Below are positions 1 to 10,780 of a DNA stretch of 64,000 nucleotides, one piece after another. The notes under the pieces are model-generated. The model saw only the letters and a list, made by a program, of their open reading frames with translations, made no database searches and had not been told where the DNA came from. This DNA is from an uncultured Solirubrobacterales bacterium (GTDB lineage: Bacteria; Actinomycetota; Thermoleophilia; Solirubrobacterales; 70-9), in the NCBI GenBank assembly GCA_963715395.1, contig OY970238.1, forward strand, positions 928,858-992,857, read 5' to 3'. A program made the position numbers and the translations under genes. Each line of letters opens with the position of its first letter. Positions within the stretch are counted from its first letter, which is position 1.

Positions 1-1505
1 GGCACGAGGATGTTGCGGAACTCGACCTCCGGCACCTGCTTGGTCAGCGCGTGCTCGGGGACCGAGACGCGCCTGGTCAGCGTCGTCCCCTCGAAGACCT
101 TGCGGTAGACGACGTAGAAGATCAGGCCGAAGACCATCCAGCCGCCGCCGACCCAGCGCGCGGTGTCGTGGTAGGCGAGGACGCTGATGAAGGCGAGGCC
201 GCTGACGACCGCGGCGACGATCGCCGGCAGCGGCAGCTCGGCGTCGCGCCAGGGGATCCCGAAGGGGATCCGGAAGGGCCGGCGCCGGTCGGGTTCGCGG
301 ATCCGCAGGCGGATGATCGAGAGGTGGGCGATCGTGATCGCCAGCGTCGCCCCGAAGGCGTAGATCCCGGCCAGCAGCTTGACGTTGGTCGGGATCACCA
401 GGCCGAGGGCGATGACGCCGCAGATCGCGATCGCCACGTAGGGCGTCGCCCGGCGCTTCTCGAGCTTGCCCAGCCAGCTGGGGATCTGGCGGTTGATCGC
501 CAGCGTGTAGATGTGGCGGGAGACGCCGAGCATCGAGGTGTTGGCGGCCCAGAACAGGACCGGGGCGGCGATCAGGGCCACCATCCAGCGCATCGAGTCG
601 GCGACCCAGCCGGGTTCGAAGGCGGAGACGACGCCCAGCACCGGCTCCTCGACGAACTGGCTGCCGAGCGCGGTCTCCGGCCCGTCGGGCCCGGCGACCA
701 CCGGCACCGCCATCAGCGCGATCGCCGCCATGCCGGCGTAGACGAGCGGCACCGCGATCGCCCCCAGCGAGGCGATCCGCTTCAGGTCGCGGCGGCTGAC
801 GTCGATGTCCGGCGCCAGGTCGGAGGCGGCCTCGATCCCGGCGTAGGCGAGCATCGCCACCACGCCGGCGTAGACGATGTCCTTGAAGCTGGGGTCGGTG
901 AAGAGGTCGAGCTCCGCGGTCAGCCGCTCGGGGTGGATGACGACGAGGGCGCCGACGACGATCACCGCCAGCTGCAGGCCGAGGTCGGCCAGCGCCAGCA
1001 CCGCCAGCGAGCGCTGCCGCTCGCGCCCGGTGACGTTGAGGATGTTGAGCACGCAGGCGGCGGCGATCACCGCGGCGGCGATGCCGATCTCCCAGCCCGG
1101 CTCGGCGAAGCCGCCCCAGATCGGCGCCAGATAGTGCGGCACCGAGATCGCCGCCAGGGCGATCACGATCAGGTAGTCGATCAGGATCGCCCAGCCGGCG
1201 ATGAAGGCGATCAGCTCGTTGAAGGCGTGGCGGGCGAAGGTCGAGGAGCCGCCGCGCTCGCGGAACATCGCCCCGCCCTCGACGTAGCTGAGCGTGGTCA
1301 GGCCGAAGAGCAGGCCGGCGGCGAGGAAGATCAGCGGCGTCAGGCCGAGGCCGCGGTCGGCGACGACGCCGAGCGCGAAGTAGATCGAGAAGCCGACCGC
1401 CGAGTAGGCGGCGGCGAACAGCCAGGGCACGCCGAGGCCGCGCTTCAGCAGCCGCTCCGACTGGCGTTCGTGCGGCCGCTCCGGTGGCGCCGGCCGCTCG
1501 CTCAT
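1..1505 (-). CDS. APC-superfamily amino-acid permease; 3' end lies beyond the window edge
   Basis: Hand translation of the minus frame from ATG 1505 gives MSERPAPPERPHERQSERLLKRGLGVPWLFAAAYSAVGFSIYFALG...GGSSTFARHAFNELIAFIAGW... The frame stays open to position 1, which explains its absence from the ORF track. It is a paralog of 1679-3588. The + ORF 51-1796 is its antisense shadow. Confidence 0.8.
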   Translation of the reverse strand, partial: MSERPAPPERPHERQSERLLKRGLGVPWLFAAAYSAVGFSIYFALGVVADRGLGLTPLIFLAAGLLFGLTTLSYVEGGAMFRERGGSSTFARHAFNELIAFIAGWAILIDYLIVIALAAISVPHYLAPIWGGFAEPGWEIGIAAAVIAAACVLNILNVTGRERQRSLAVLALADLGLQLAVIVVGALVVIHPERLTAELDLFTDPSFKDIVYAGVVAMLAYAGIEAASDLAPDIDVSRRDLKRIASLGAIAVPLVYAGMAAIALMAVPVVAGPDGPETALGSQFVEEPVLGVVSAFEPGWVADSMRWMVALIAAPVLFWAANTSMLGVSRHIYTLAINRQIPSWLGKLEKRRATPYVAIAICGVIALGLVIPTNVKLLAGIYAFGATLAITIAHLSIIRLRIREPDRRRPFRIPFGIPWRDAELPLPAIVAAVVSGLAFISVLAYHDTARWVGGGWMVFGLIFYVVYRKVFEGTTLTRRVSVPEHALTKQVPEVEFRNILV

Positions 1506-1678
1506 CGCTCCGTCCGCGACGCGATCCAGAGCCTGGGCAGCGCCGACGCCGACGAAGGCGATCCCCATCAGGACCCCGACCGAGGCCGGGCCGCCGCCGT
1601 TGACGAGGGTCACCACCAGCACCACCACCCCGATCGCGACGAAGATCAGCGAGAAGCCCCGCACCGCGTGGCGGTAGA

Positions 1679-3588
1679 TCACTTGGCCACCTCGGCGAGG
1701 GCGGGCGTCGGGCCGGCCGGGCTGTCGGGCGGATCGGAGACGACGATCACGCGGCAGGGACGCTCGCCGAGCACGGTCTGCAGGGTCTTGTCGTAGAGCG
1801 GCACGCCGCCCCGGTAGCGCAGGCCGACCACGATCGCGGCCGCCTTGATCATCTCGGCCTCCTCGGAGAGCGAGTAGCCGGCCTGGCCGGGCCGGACCCG
1901 GGCGACGTGGCCGGTGACCCGCTGGCCGCCGATCAGCTTCGCCTCCTCGATCTTGCGCTGCGCCTCGGCTTCCTGCTCGACCATCTCGGCGTTCAGCGGC
2001 AGGTGGGTGGGCACGGTCAGCATCGAGTGGATGTGGATGCCGCGGCGCCGTTTGGAGGCGAGTTTGACCGCGGTCGCGACCATCTCCGGCGAGAACGATT
2101 CGTCGTCCTCGAAGCCGACCAGGACGCTCTGGTACTCGACCTCCTCGACCCCGAGCGGCTCCGGCAGCACCACCTTGACGGTTTCGGTCAGCGGCAGCCG
2201 TCTGGTTGCGGCGGTAGAGGACGTAGACGGCGATCCCGAGCGCCATCCAGCCGAGGCCGACGAAGAGCGTGCGCGGGTTCAGCGCCATCACCACGATCCA
2301 GGCGGCGAAGGTGCCGAGGCCGCCGAGCACCGCGGTCATCGGCAGGTCGAAGCCGAAGGCGCGGACGTTCAGCGGCGGCTTCCAGGAGCGCTCGACGTCG
2401 CCCTGCTTGCGCCGCAGCTGGATCACGGCGACGTGGGCGATCGTGAACGAGAGCATCGCCCCGAACGAGTACATCGTCGCCAGGAACTCGGTCTGGCCCG
2501 GCAGCAGGGTGACGATCGCGACGACCGCGAAGATCATGATCGCGATGTAGGGGGTGCGGTACTTCGGGTGGACCTGGCGCAGCGCCTCGGGCAGCTGCCG
2601 GTGCTGGCCCATCGAGTAGGTGAGCCGGGAGACGCCGATCAGGCCGGCGTTGGTGGCGATCAGCAGGATCACCGCCGCCAGCACGCCGACGTAGTAGCGG
2701 AGGATTTCGGTCGGGACGTGGGAGAGCCCGAGGTTCTCGACGATGCCGAGGATCGGGTCGTCGGCGAAGGTGGTGCCGAGCGCGGTGGTGAAGTTGCCGG
2801 CGGCGTCCTGGGTGACCGGCATCGCCGAGAGCGCGACGATCGGGATCAGCAGGTAGAGGCCGAGCACGGCGACGACGGTGAGGCCGACGCTGCGGGGAAT
2901 CGTCCGGGCCGCGTCCTTGGCCTCCTCGGCCATGTTGGAGATCGTCTCGATCCCGGTGTAGGCGATCATCCCGACCGCGATCCCGAGCGCGAAGTCGCTC
3001 CAGGTCGGGGCGACGCCGAGCTGGATGTTGTCGACCAGGATCTCGGGGTTGAAGACGAGGACCAGCCCGATCCCGACCAGGACGACCTGGGTCGCGAGGT
3101 CGGCGACGGCGAGGATCAGGTTCAGTTTCGCCGACTCCTCGGTGCCGCGGATGTTGAGCAGGGCGAGGGCGACGATCAGCGCCGCGCCGCCGACGATGTC
3201 GCCGGGGCTGCTGCCCAGCCAGGGCCAGAAGACGGCCAGGTAGTGGGGCACGAAGAAGGCCGAGATCGCGACCGTGATCGTGTAGTTGAGCATCTGCCCC
3301 CAGGCGGCGATGAAGCTGACCAGCTCGTTGAAGGCGTGGCGGGCGAAGCTGGAGGAGCCGCCCGCCTCCGGGTACATCACCGTCGCCTCGGCGTAGGTGG
3401 CGGCGGTGGCGGCGAAGATCAGGCCGGAGATGACGAAGGCGACCGGGGTCAGGCCCGAGGGCGAAGGCGGCGGTGACGCCGAGCGCGTAGTAGATCGAGG
3501 AGCCGACGTTGCCGTAGGCGGCCGAGAACAGCGCGCCGACGCCGTGGACGCGGCTCAGCGATTCGTCTCTGGGGATGCGCTGGGCCAT
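1679..3588 (-). pseudogene. APC amino-acid permease fused to a C-terminal universal stress (UspA) domain; reading frame broken twice
   Basis: The N-terminus [45 protein letters not shown] continues as [13 protein letters not shown]...GGSSSFARHAFNELVSFIAAW...VLYRRNQ after an extra base near 3453. It then continues as RLPLTETVKVVLPEPLGVEEVEYQ... (the Usp ORF 1679-2173) after an extra base near 2201. Confidence 0.75.
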
Positions 3589-3612
3589 CTAGAACCTGCC
3601 GGAACCGGTCAC

Positions 3613-4727
3613 TCAGGCCGAATATACGGACGTCGCCGGTGCTCTCCGCAGGTGGGAGCGGCTCAGCTCGGCGGGCGCGGCGCAGCCGCAGAGGGCCAGG
3701 GCCAGCTCGAGCTCGTCGCGGAGCAGCTCCAGGACCCGCCCGGCGCCCTCGGCGCCGGCCGCGGCGAGGCCCCAGAGCGCCGGTCGGCCGACCAGGACCG
3801 CGTCGGCGCCGAGCGCGAGCGCGATCGCGACGTCGACGCCGCGGCGGATGCCGCCGTCGACCAGCACCGCGGCGCGCCCGTCGACCGCGTCGACCACCTC
3901 GGGCAGGGCGTCGCCGCGTGGCCAGGGCCCGGTCGAGCTGGCGGCCGCCGTGGTTGGAGACGACGACTCCGGCGGCGCCGTGCTCGACCGCCAGCTCCGC
4001 GTCCTCGGCCGTCAGCAGGCCCTTGACCAGCACCGGCAGGCTGCACTCGGAGGCGAGCTCGCTCGAGGTCGGACCAGCCCAGCGCCGGGTTCATCAGGCC
4101 GAAGGTCTCCTCGATCGTCACCGCCCGCTCGACGCCCATCGCCGCCGCGACGCTGGGGACGCCGAGCTCCTCGGGAATCTTGAAACCGGTGCGCCGGTCG
4201 CGCTCGCGGTTGCCGCCGCGCGGCGCGTCGACGGTGACGACGATCGCCTCGAAGCCGGAGTCGACCGCCTCGTCGATCAGCGCCCGGTCACCGCCGTCGT
4301 CGCGGAAGCAGTAGAGCTGGAACCAGCGGCGCCCCGGCGGTGCCGCCGCGGCCAGCTCGCTCGGCCGGGTCGTCGCCAGGGTCGAGAGGCACATCGCGGT
4401 CCCGGCCGCGGCGGCGGCCCGCGCCATCCCCACCTCGCCCTCCGGGTCGACCAGCCGCTGGTAGGCGACCGGCGCCACCAGCAGCGGCATCGAGAGCGGC
4501 GCGCCGAGCAGCTCGATCTCGGTCGTCACCTCGTCGACGTCGACCAGCACCCGCGGCCGCAACCGCCAGCGCCGCCAGGCCTCGACGTTCTCCCGCAGGG
4601 TCAGCTCGTCCCCGGCGCCGCCGGCGAAGTACCCCAGCGCCCCGGCGTCGAGCTTCTCGGCGGCGACCCGCTCGAAGTCGGCGACGTTGATCCAACCCTC
4701 GTTCACGGCGAGCGACCCTAGCGCCAT
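3613..4727 (-). pseudogene. FMN-dependent alpha-hydroxy-acid dehydrogenase/oxidase (LldD / glycolate oxidase family); two frameshifts
   Basis: Three minus frames join into one protein. MALGSLAVNEGWINVADFERVAAEKL...FQLYCFRDDG...VVTVDAPRGGNRERD...WSDLE is followed by an extra base near 4061. [48 protein letters not shown] is followed by an extra base near 3916. The last piece is [45 protein letters not shown]... Confidence 0.8.
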
Positions 4728-4736
4728 CGGGGTAGC

Positions 4737-5623
4737 GTGCCGTCCGTGAGCGTGCCGAGGGGCCCGATGCGGGCGCAGTTCAGGCGGCGGCGCAAGGTCG
4801 CCCTGGGGGTTCTCGCCCTGGTGGTGGGCGTGTTCGCCTACGTGGCGTTCCTGGCCCCGGCGAGCGAGCGTCGAGCAGGCCGAAGAGCGCGGCTTCAAGG
4901 TCGCGCACCTGGAGATCGAGAGCGAGGCGGTCGGGCAGAAGCTCGGCGTCAACGTGATCGTCCCGCCGCGGGCTGGTGCGCGCGGCAAGCGCGCGCTGCT
5001 CGTCTTCCTGCACGGACGCGGCGGCTACGAGGGCACCTTCAACGATGCCGTGCTGCGCGGGCTGCCGCGCCTGGGCGGGCGCGGTCCCGTGGTCGCCTTC
5101 CCCGCCGGCGGAGACCATGGCTACTGGCACGACCGCGCGGACGGCGACTGGGAGACCTACGTGATGGAGGAAGCGTTGCCGACCGTGGTGCGCCGCTTCG
5201 GCGTCGACCCGCGACCGGCTCGCGATCGGCGGCATCTCGATGGGCGGCTTCGGCGCCTACAACATCGCGCTGCGGAATCCCGGCCGCTTCTGCGCGGTCG
5301 GCGGCCACTCCCCCGCGCTCTGGTTCGACGGCGGCGAAACGGCCCCCGGCGCCTTCGACGACGCCGCCGACTTCGAGCGCAACGACGTCGTCGGCGCGGT
5401 CCAGAGCAACCCGAACGCGTTCGGCGATGCCCGGGTCTGGATCGACTACGGCGACGAAGACCCATTCGGCCCTACGACGAAGGCTTCGTCGCCGCGCTGA
5501 GCGCCGGCGACGACCGACTTCACCGCCCACTCACTGGCCCGGGCGGCCACGAGGGCGGCTACTGGGACAGCCACTGGCCCGCCTACCAGCGCTTCTACTG
5601 TCAACTCGCTGAACCGCTGCTAG
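4737..5623 (+). pseudogene. Secreted or membrane-anchored esterase (alpha/beta hydrolase, 'putative esterase' type); three frameshifts; 3' end unresolved
   Basis: MRAQFRRRRKVALGVLALVVGVFAYVAFLAPASE is followed by an extra base at 4869. VEQAEERGFKVAHLEIES...ALLVFLHGRGGYEGTF...RRFGVDPRP is followed by an extra base at 5218. LAIGGISMGGFGAYNIALRNPGRFCAVGGHSPALW...YGDEDPFG is followed by a missing base near 5472. The last piece is PYDEGFVAALSAG...GGHEGGYWDSHWPAYQRFY. Candidate stops are at 5612, 5623 or 5751 depending on frame. Confidence 0.65.
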
Positions 5624-5628
5624 CCCTC

Positions 5629-6405
5629 TTAGCGGCCGGGAGAGCCGGCCGGGGGCGTGCCCGGCGGCGGCGGCGGCCCCCAGCTTTCGCGGCCGTCGGC
5701 GCTGCGAGATCGGGATCTGCGGGCCGGCCATCGCCGGCGTGTCGAGGGTGACGTCGACGACCGCCTTGACCCGCGAGAGCACCTCGCGGACCGCGCTCTT
5801 GTCGCCCCTGATAGCCCCACTGGTGCAGGTCGGCGGTGAGCCCGGTCGCGTCGATCCCGGCGGCGTCGGCGAGGTACAGCGCCCGCGGCATGTGGAAGCC
5901 CTGGGTGACGACAACCGCGTCGCGCACGCCGAAGATGCCGCGCGCCCGCACCATCGTCGCCCAGGTGTCGAAGCCGGCGTGGTCCTCGAAGACGTCCTCG
6001 CGGCCGGACCCCGTCGGCGACCAGCGCCTTGCGCATCGTGTCCGGCTCGTCGTACGCCCAGGTGTGATGGTCGCCGGAGACGAGGATCTTCTCGACCTTG
6101 CCGGCGTGCCAGAGCGCCGAGGCCTGCCGCACCCGGTCGGCCAGCATCGCGCTCATCTCGCCCGTTCGGCTTGACCAGCGCCCCCGGCACGATCGCCACC
6201 TCCGCCGGCGGCACCTCGGCGACCTCGACTCGGTCGACTCCCCCTGCGCGGCGAGCAGCACATAGGCGTTCGACCCCGCGACCAGCAGCGCCAGCGAACA
6301 CGCGCCCGAAAGCGCACCCTTCGACAGCCGCGGCCACCGCCGCAGCGGATAACTCACACCCTTCCGCATCGCTCTCGGTCTCTGCATCCGCGGCACGATA
6401 ACCAT
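5629..6405 (-). pseudogene. sanA: SanA/YdcF (DUF218) family membrane protein; four frameshifts
   Basis: The fragments join across three frames. MRKGVSYPLRRWPRLSKGALSGACSLALLVAGSNAYVLLAAQG is followed by a missing base near 6239. VDRVEVAEVPPAEVAIVPGALVKPNG is followed by an extra base near 6160. EMSAMLADRVRQASALWHAGKVEKILVSGDHHTWAYDEPDTMRKALVADGV is followed by an extra base near 6006. GREDVFEDHAGFDTWATMVRARGIFGVRDAVVVTQGFHMPRALYLA...WGYQ is followed by an extra base near 5807. The last piece is GDKSAVREVLSRVKAVVD... Confidence 0.7.
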
Positions 6406-6746
6406 CGCTGAGGCAAATTGACGCCAAAATGAGCGGATGAACGAGCAGGAAGCGAACGCTCGCTAGCGCGGAACTTCCCCCGGCTCAACCCCCCCTCCGG
6501 CGGCATCACCTGATCCGCGGTCACGTCACTAAGCAGATTCGCGCTGTGCCTTATGCGCGCCATAGCGACCAAAAGGCACAGTGGAATCAGGGACTAGCTA
6601 GGCGAACGAGCGCCTTCCGACCATCCCGCTCGTCCACGCAAACGCCCCGTTAGGAGGGGCCGGGTGCCCCTCGCGAGCGGCGTCCTGTTTTTCGCAGTGC
6701 CCGTCAGCGAGAGCTGCGGCGTTAAAGGCGAAAATCCCAGCGAAAT

Positions 6747-6770
6747 GGGAGGGGCACCCTGGCCCCTCCC
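6747..6770 (-). terminator. Stem-loop directly downstream of the hppA stop codon
   Basis: A perfect 9-bp GC stem (gggaggggc/gcccctccc) with a 6-nt loop sits 13 nt after the TAA at 6784-6786. On the minus RNA it is followed by AUUUCGCUGGGAUUUUCG. Confidence 0.5.
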
Positions 6771-6783
6771 CGCCCGCAGACTC

Positions 6784-8866
6784 TTAGAAGTGAACGATCG
6801 GGATGATCAGGATCGCGACGATGTTCGCCACCTTGATCATCGGGTTGATCGCCGGCCCGGCCGTGTCCTTGTAGGGATCGCCGACCGTGTCGCCGGTCAC
6901 CGAGGCGGCGTGGGCCTCAGAGCCCTTGCCGCCGTGGGCGCCGTCCTCGATCAGCTTCTTGGCGTTGTCCCAGGCACCGCCGCCGGCGGTCATCGAGATC
7001 GCCGCGAAGAGGCCGACGACGATGACGCCGATCAGCAGGCCGCCGAGCGCGTCGACGCTGAGCAGGCCGACGATCACCGGGATCACGATCGGGATCAGCG
7101 ACGGCACGATCATCTCCTTCTGCGCCGCCAGGGTGACGATGCTGACCGTTTCGCCGTACTCGGGTTTTTCGGTCCCCTCCATGATCCCCGGGTGCTCGCG
7201 GAACTGCTTGCGCACCTGTTCGACGACCTGACCGCCGGCGCGGCCGACCGCCTCGATCGCCAGCGCCGAGAACAGGTAGACCATCATGCCGCCGATGATC
7301 AGCCCGATCAGCACGTCGGGGCTGCTCAGGTTGAACAGGCCGTTGAGGTCGAACCCGGCCGGTGCCTCGTCCGCGAGCTCGCTCTTGAACGCGGCGAACA
7401 GCACCAGCGCCGCCAGCGCGGCGGAGCCGATCGCGTAACCCTTGGTGACCGCCTTGGTCGTGTTGCCGACCGCGTCGAGCGGGTCGGTGACGTTGCGGAC
7501 CTCCTCCGGCAGCTCCGCCATCTCGGCGATGCCGCCGGCGTTGTCGGTGATCGGCCCGAAGGCGTCCAGAGCGACGATCAGGCCGCAGAGCGAGAGCTGT
7601 GCCATCACGGCGATGCCGATGCCGTAGATGCCGGCCAGCTCGTTGGCGCCGAGGATCGCCAGCGCCAGGACCAGGGCCGGCGCCGCGGTGGACTGGAAGC
7701 CCTGGGCGAGGCCCTGGATGATGTTCGTCGCGTGCCCCGTCTCCGAGGCCTGGGCGATCGTCTTCACCGGCCGGAAGCGGGTCGAGGTGTAGTAGTCGGT
7801 GATCACGAACAGCAGCGCGGTCACGGCGATGCCGATCACGGCGCAGAGCCAGAGGTCGGTGACGCTGACCGCGTCGGCGGCGGTGCTGGCGAAGCCGAGC
7901 CGCAGCGGTTCGCTCATCAGCCAGTCGGTGATCGGGTAGAAGGCGGCGATCGAGATGCACGCCGGAGACGATCATGCCGACGTACAGCGCGCCCTCGACT
8001 TTGTCGGTTTTGGTCCGCACCGAGAGCGCCCCGACGATCGAGGCGATGATCGCGACGCCGCCGATGACCAGCGGGTAGATCGCGACCTCGCGGGCGAAGT
8101 CGGTGGTGAAGGTGAGGACGCCGAGCAGCATCACGGCGACCGAGGTGACCGCGTAGGTCTCGAACAGGTCGGCGGCCATGCCGGCGCAGTCGCCGACGTT
8201 GTCGCCGACGTTGTCGGCGATCACGGCCGGGTTGCGCGGATCGTCCTCGGGGATCCCCGCCTCGACCTTGCCGACCAGGTCGGCGCCGACGTCGGCGGCC
8301 TTGGTGAAGATGCCGCCGCCGAGCCGGGCGAAGACGGAGATCAGCGAGCCACCGAAGCCGAGGCCGATCAGCGCGTCGACGGCCTCCTTGTCGGTGCTGC
8401 CGGTGATGACCAGGATCCCGTAGTAGCCGGCGACGCCGAGCAGCGCCAGGCCGACGACGAGGAGCCCGGTGACCGAGCCGCCCTTGAAGGCGACGTCGAG
8501 CGCCGGCGGCACACCGCCGCGGGCGGCCTCGGCGACGCGGGAGTTGGCCCGCACCGAGACGTTCATCCCGATGAAGCCGGTGGCGCCGGAGAGGACGCCG
8601 CCGATCACGAAGCCGATCGCGGTCTTGTAGTCCTGCAGGAGCAAGAGCACGATCGCGAGCGGCACCGCGACCGCGGCGATGATCGTGTACTGGCGGTTCA
8701 GGTAGGCCTGTGCGCCCTCCTGGACAGCTCCCGAGATTTCCTGCATCCGGTCGTTGCCAGGGGACTTGGCAAGCAGGCGCTGGGTGACTATGAGTCCGTA
8801 GACGACGGCGGCGCCCGCGCATACGAGCGCGACGACTACCCCGTAATCGGTCAAGAAGTCGGTCAA
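6784..8866 (-). pseudogene. hppA: Membrane-bound proton/sodium-translocating pyrophosphatase; one frameshift
   Basis: [15 protein letters not shown]...[55 protein letters not shown]...GMIVSGV is followed by an extra base near 7957. The rest reads [22 protein letters not shown]...DNAGGIAEM...[22 protein letters not shown]... Confidence 0.85.
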
Positions 8867-8902
8867 GTTTCGTTCCTCCGGTGGATTTAGCGGCGCGGGA
8901 GT

Positions 8903-10106
8903 CTATAGACGAACGGCGGCGGCGCCCTGACGCCGCTCTAGGCCGGCTTCGGCAGCCTGTTCCGCACCCGCGTAGGTGCGCGCGCGTCTCCGCCACCGCG
9001 TCGCGGTAGATGTCCTCGATCGAGGCCCACGCGTCGAGCGCCTCGCGCGCCCGCTGGGCGCCGTTGCGCTCCGGCGGCCGCAGGTCGATCCCGAGCTGAG
9101 AGCGCGCCGGCTCGGCCCAGGCGAGGATCGACTCGAGCATCTCCCGCGTCTCCACCTCCATCCCGCGGCGGAAATCGATCATCTTGCCGCTGAGGCCGTG
9201 GCGGATCGCCCGCCAGAGGTTCTCCTCGATCTCGCGGTCGGCCAGCGGCGCTCCGGCGCCTTCGTAGCCGTGCTCGTCGTAGTCGATCGCTGCCTGGGCG
9301 ATGCAGGCGGCGATCAGGCCGGCCAGCGCGAAGGACTCGTCGCCACGCGTCTGGGCGTCGCAGATCCGCACCTCGACGGTGCCGAACTGGTGGTGCGGGC
9401 GAACGCTCCACCAGAGCTGGGTCGACTCGACGATCGAGCCGGTCCGCTCCAGCGTCGCGACGAAGTCGGCGTAGCTGTCCCAGTCGCGGAACGCCGAGGG
9501 GACGCCGCAGCGCGGGAAGGTGCGGGTGAAGATCTCGGTGCGGACGGTGTGCAGGCCGCTGTCGCGGCCGTCGAGGAAGGGCGAGTTGGCGGAGATGGCG
9601 AGCAGCAGCGGCAGCAGCTCCCGCATCCAGTCGCAGACGGCGATCGCCCGGTCGGCGCCGCGCACGCCCATGTGGACGTGCAGGCTCCAGGTGTTGTTGC
9701 GCTGCGCCACCCAGCCGAGTTCCTGCCGCAGCCGGTTGTAGTGCGGCGTGTCGATGATCCGCTGGTCGAGGTAGTTCGCCCAGGGGTGGGTGCCGATCGC
9801 GCCCAGTGCCAGGCCCATGCGATCGACCAGCCCGAACAGCCGCTCCCGCCGCTCCTGCTGGCGCTCTGTCGCCTCGGCGAAGGTCTCCGAGCGACCGGAG
9901 CGGATCTCGACCTCGGAGGCGATCAGCTCGCCGGCCGCCGACTCGGCCAGGACGTCGTCTTCCTGACAGGCGGCGTAGACGTCCTCGAAGCGGTGCTCCA
10001 GCTCCAGCGTCGCCGGATCGAGGATCGCGAACTCCTCCTCGAGCCCGATCGTGAAGTCGGTCGAGGACTCGAATCTCTCGCGGACGAGGTCGAGATCGAG
10101 GGACAA
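8903..10106 (-). pseudogene. Glutamate-cysteine ligase family 2 / carboxylate-amine ligase (YbdK-like); frameshift near the 3' end
   Basis: The translation reads MSLDLDLVRERFESSTDFTIGLEEEFAILDP...WSLHVHMGV...NSPFLDGRDSGLHTVR...WWSVRPHHQFGTVEVRICDAQ. The listed 729-aa ORF reads on antisense through hppA. Removing one base in the GC run near 8978 gives ...ETRATYAGAEQAAEAGLERRQGAAAVRL and a stop at 8903. The alternative frame stops at 8938. Confidence 0.7.
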
Positions 10107-10111
10107 GAGTC

Positions 10112-10780
10112 TCAGGCCAGGTAGAAGTAGAGCGCGTAAAGCAGGTCGACAGCGGGGCTCGACGTGTGGACCGTCACCTCCGGCGGGACCTGGAGAAGCT
10201 GCTCGGAGTAGTTGAAGATGATCTTGACGCCGGCTTTGACCAGCCGGTCGGCCACCTCCTGAGCGGCATCGGCCGGTACGGCGAGGACGCCGACGACGAT
10301 CTCCTCATCGGAGACGACCGCCTGGAGGTCGCCGAGGTCCCGCACCTGCAGCTCCCCGATCTGCTTGCCGACCACGCTCGGGTCGCTGTCGAAGACCGCC
10401 TTCACCTGGAAACCGTGGTCGGCGAAGATCGCCGAGCTGGCGATCGCCTGGCCGAGGTTGCCGGCGCCGAAGAGGGCGATGCTGTGCTGGCCTGAGGTGC
10501 GGAGGATTTTGCGGATCTCCGCGACCAGAGACTCGACGTTGTAGCCGACGCCGCGCTTGCCGAACTTGCCGAAGCCGGAAAGGTCGCGGCGGATCTGGGT
10601 CGGGTTGATGTGGGTGTACTCGGAGAGCTCCTGCGAGGAGATCGTGTCGCGGCCCATCTTGCGCGCCTGCGTCAGCACCTGCAGGTATCGGGAAAGGCGA
10701 GCGGCGACGCCCAGCGAGAGGCGTTCTCCTTCGACCGGGAAGCCCCCTGGGGCCTCGAACTCTTCGATCAGCTCGACCAC
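10112..10780 (-). CDS. rex: Redox-sensing transcriptional repressor Rex
   Basis: The ORF is intact at 222 aa. It has a winged-helix N-terminus (RLSRYLQVL...ISSQELSEYTHINPTQIRRDLSGFGKFGKRGVGY) and a Rossmann GAGNLG motif. Confidence 0.9.
   Translation of the reverse strand: MVELIEEFEAPGGFPVEGERLSLGVAARLSRYLQVLTQARKMGRDTISSQELSEYTHINPTQIRRDLSGFGKFGKRGVGYNVESLVAEIRKILRTSGQHSIALFGAGNLGQAIASSAIFADHGFQVKAVFDSDPSVVGKQIGELQVRDLGDLQAVVSDEEIVVGVLAVPADAAQEVADRLVKAGVKIIFNYSEQLLQVPPEVTVHTSSPAVDLLYALYFYLA

Noticed and set aside
596-625. A tRNA T-loop-like string gggttcgaagg.
   Set aside because: It lies inside the permease coding frame and has no flanking acceptor or anticodon stems. No other tRNA-like cloverleaf was seen in the window.
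6354-6572. 72-aa minus ORF in the hppA-sanA gap.
   Set aside because: It overlaps the sanA start, and its composition (Arg/Ser/Cys-rich) is not protein-like. The region is better explained by RNA hairpins and promoter sequence.
1679-10106. The idea that the frame breaks are programmed ribosomal frameshifts.
   Set aside because: There are up to four per gene, of both signs. They are not at slippery heptamers or followed by obvious stimulatory structures, and they occur in families not known to use recoding.
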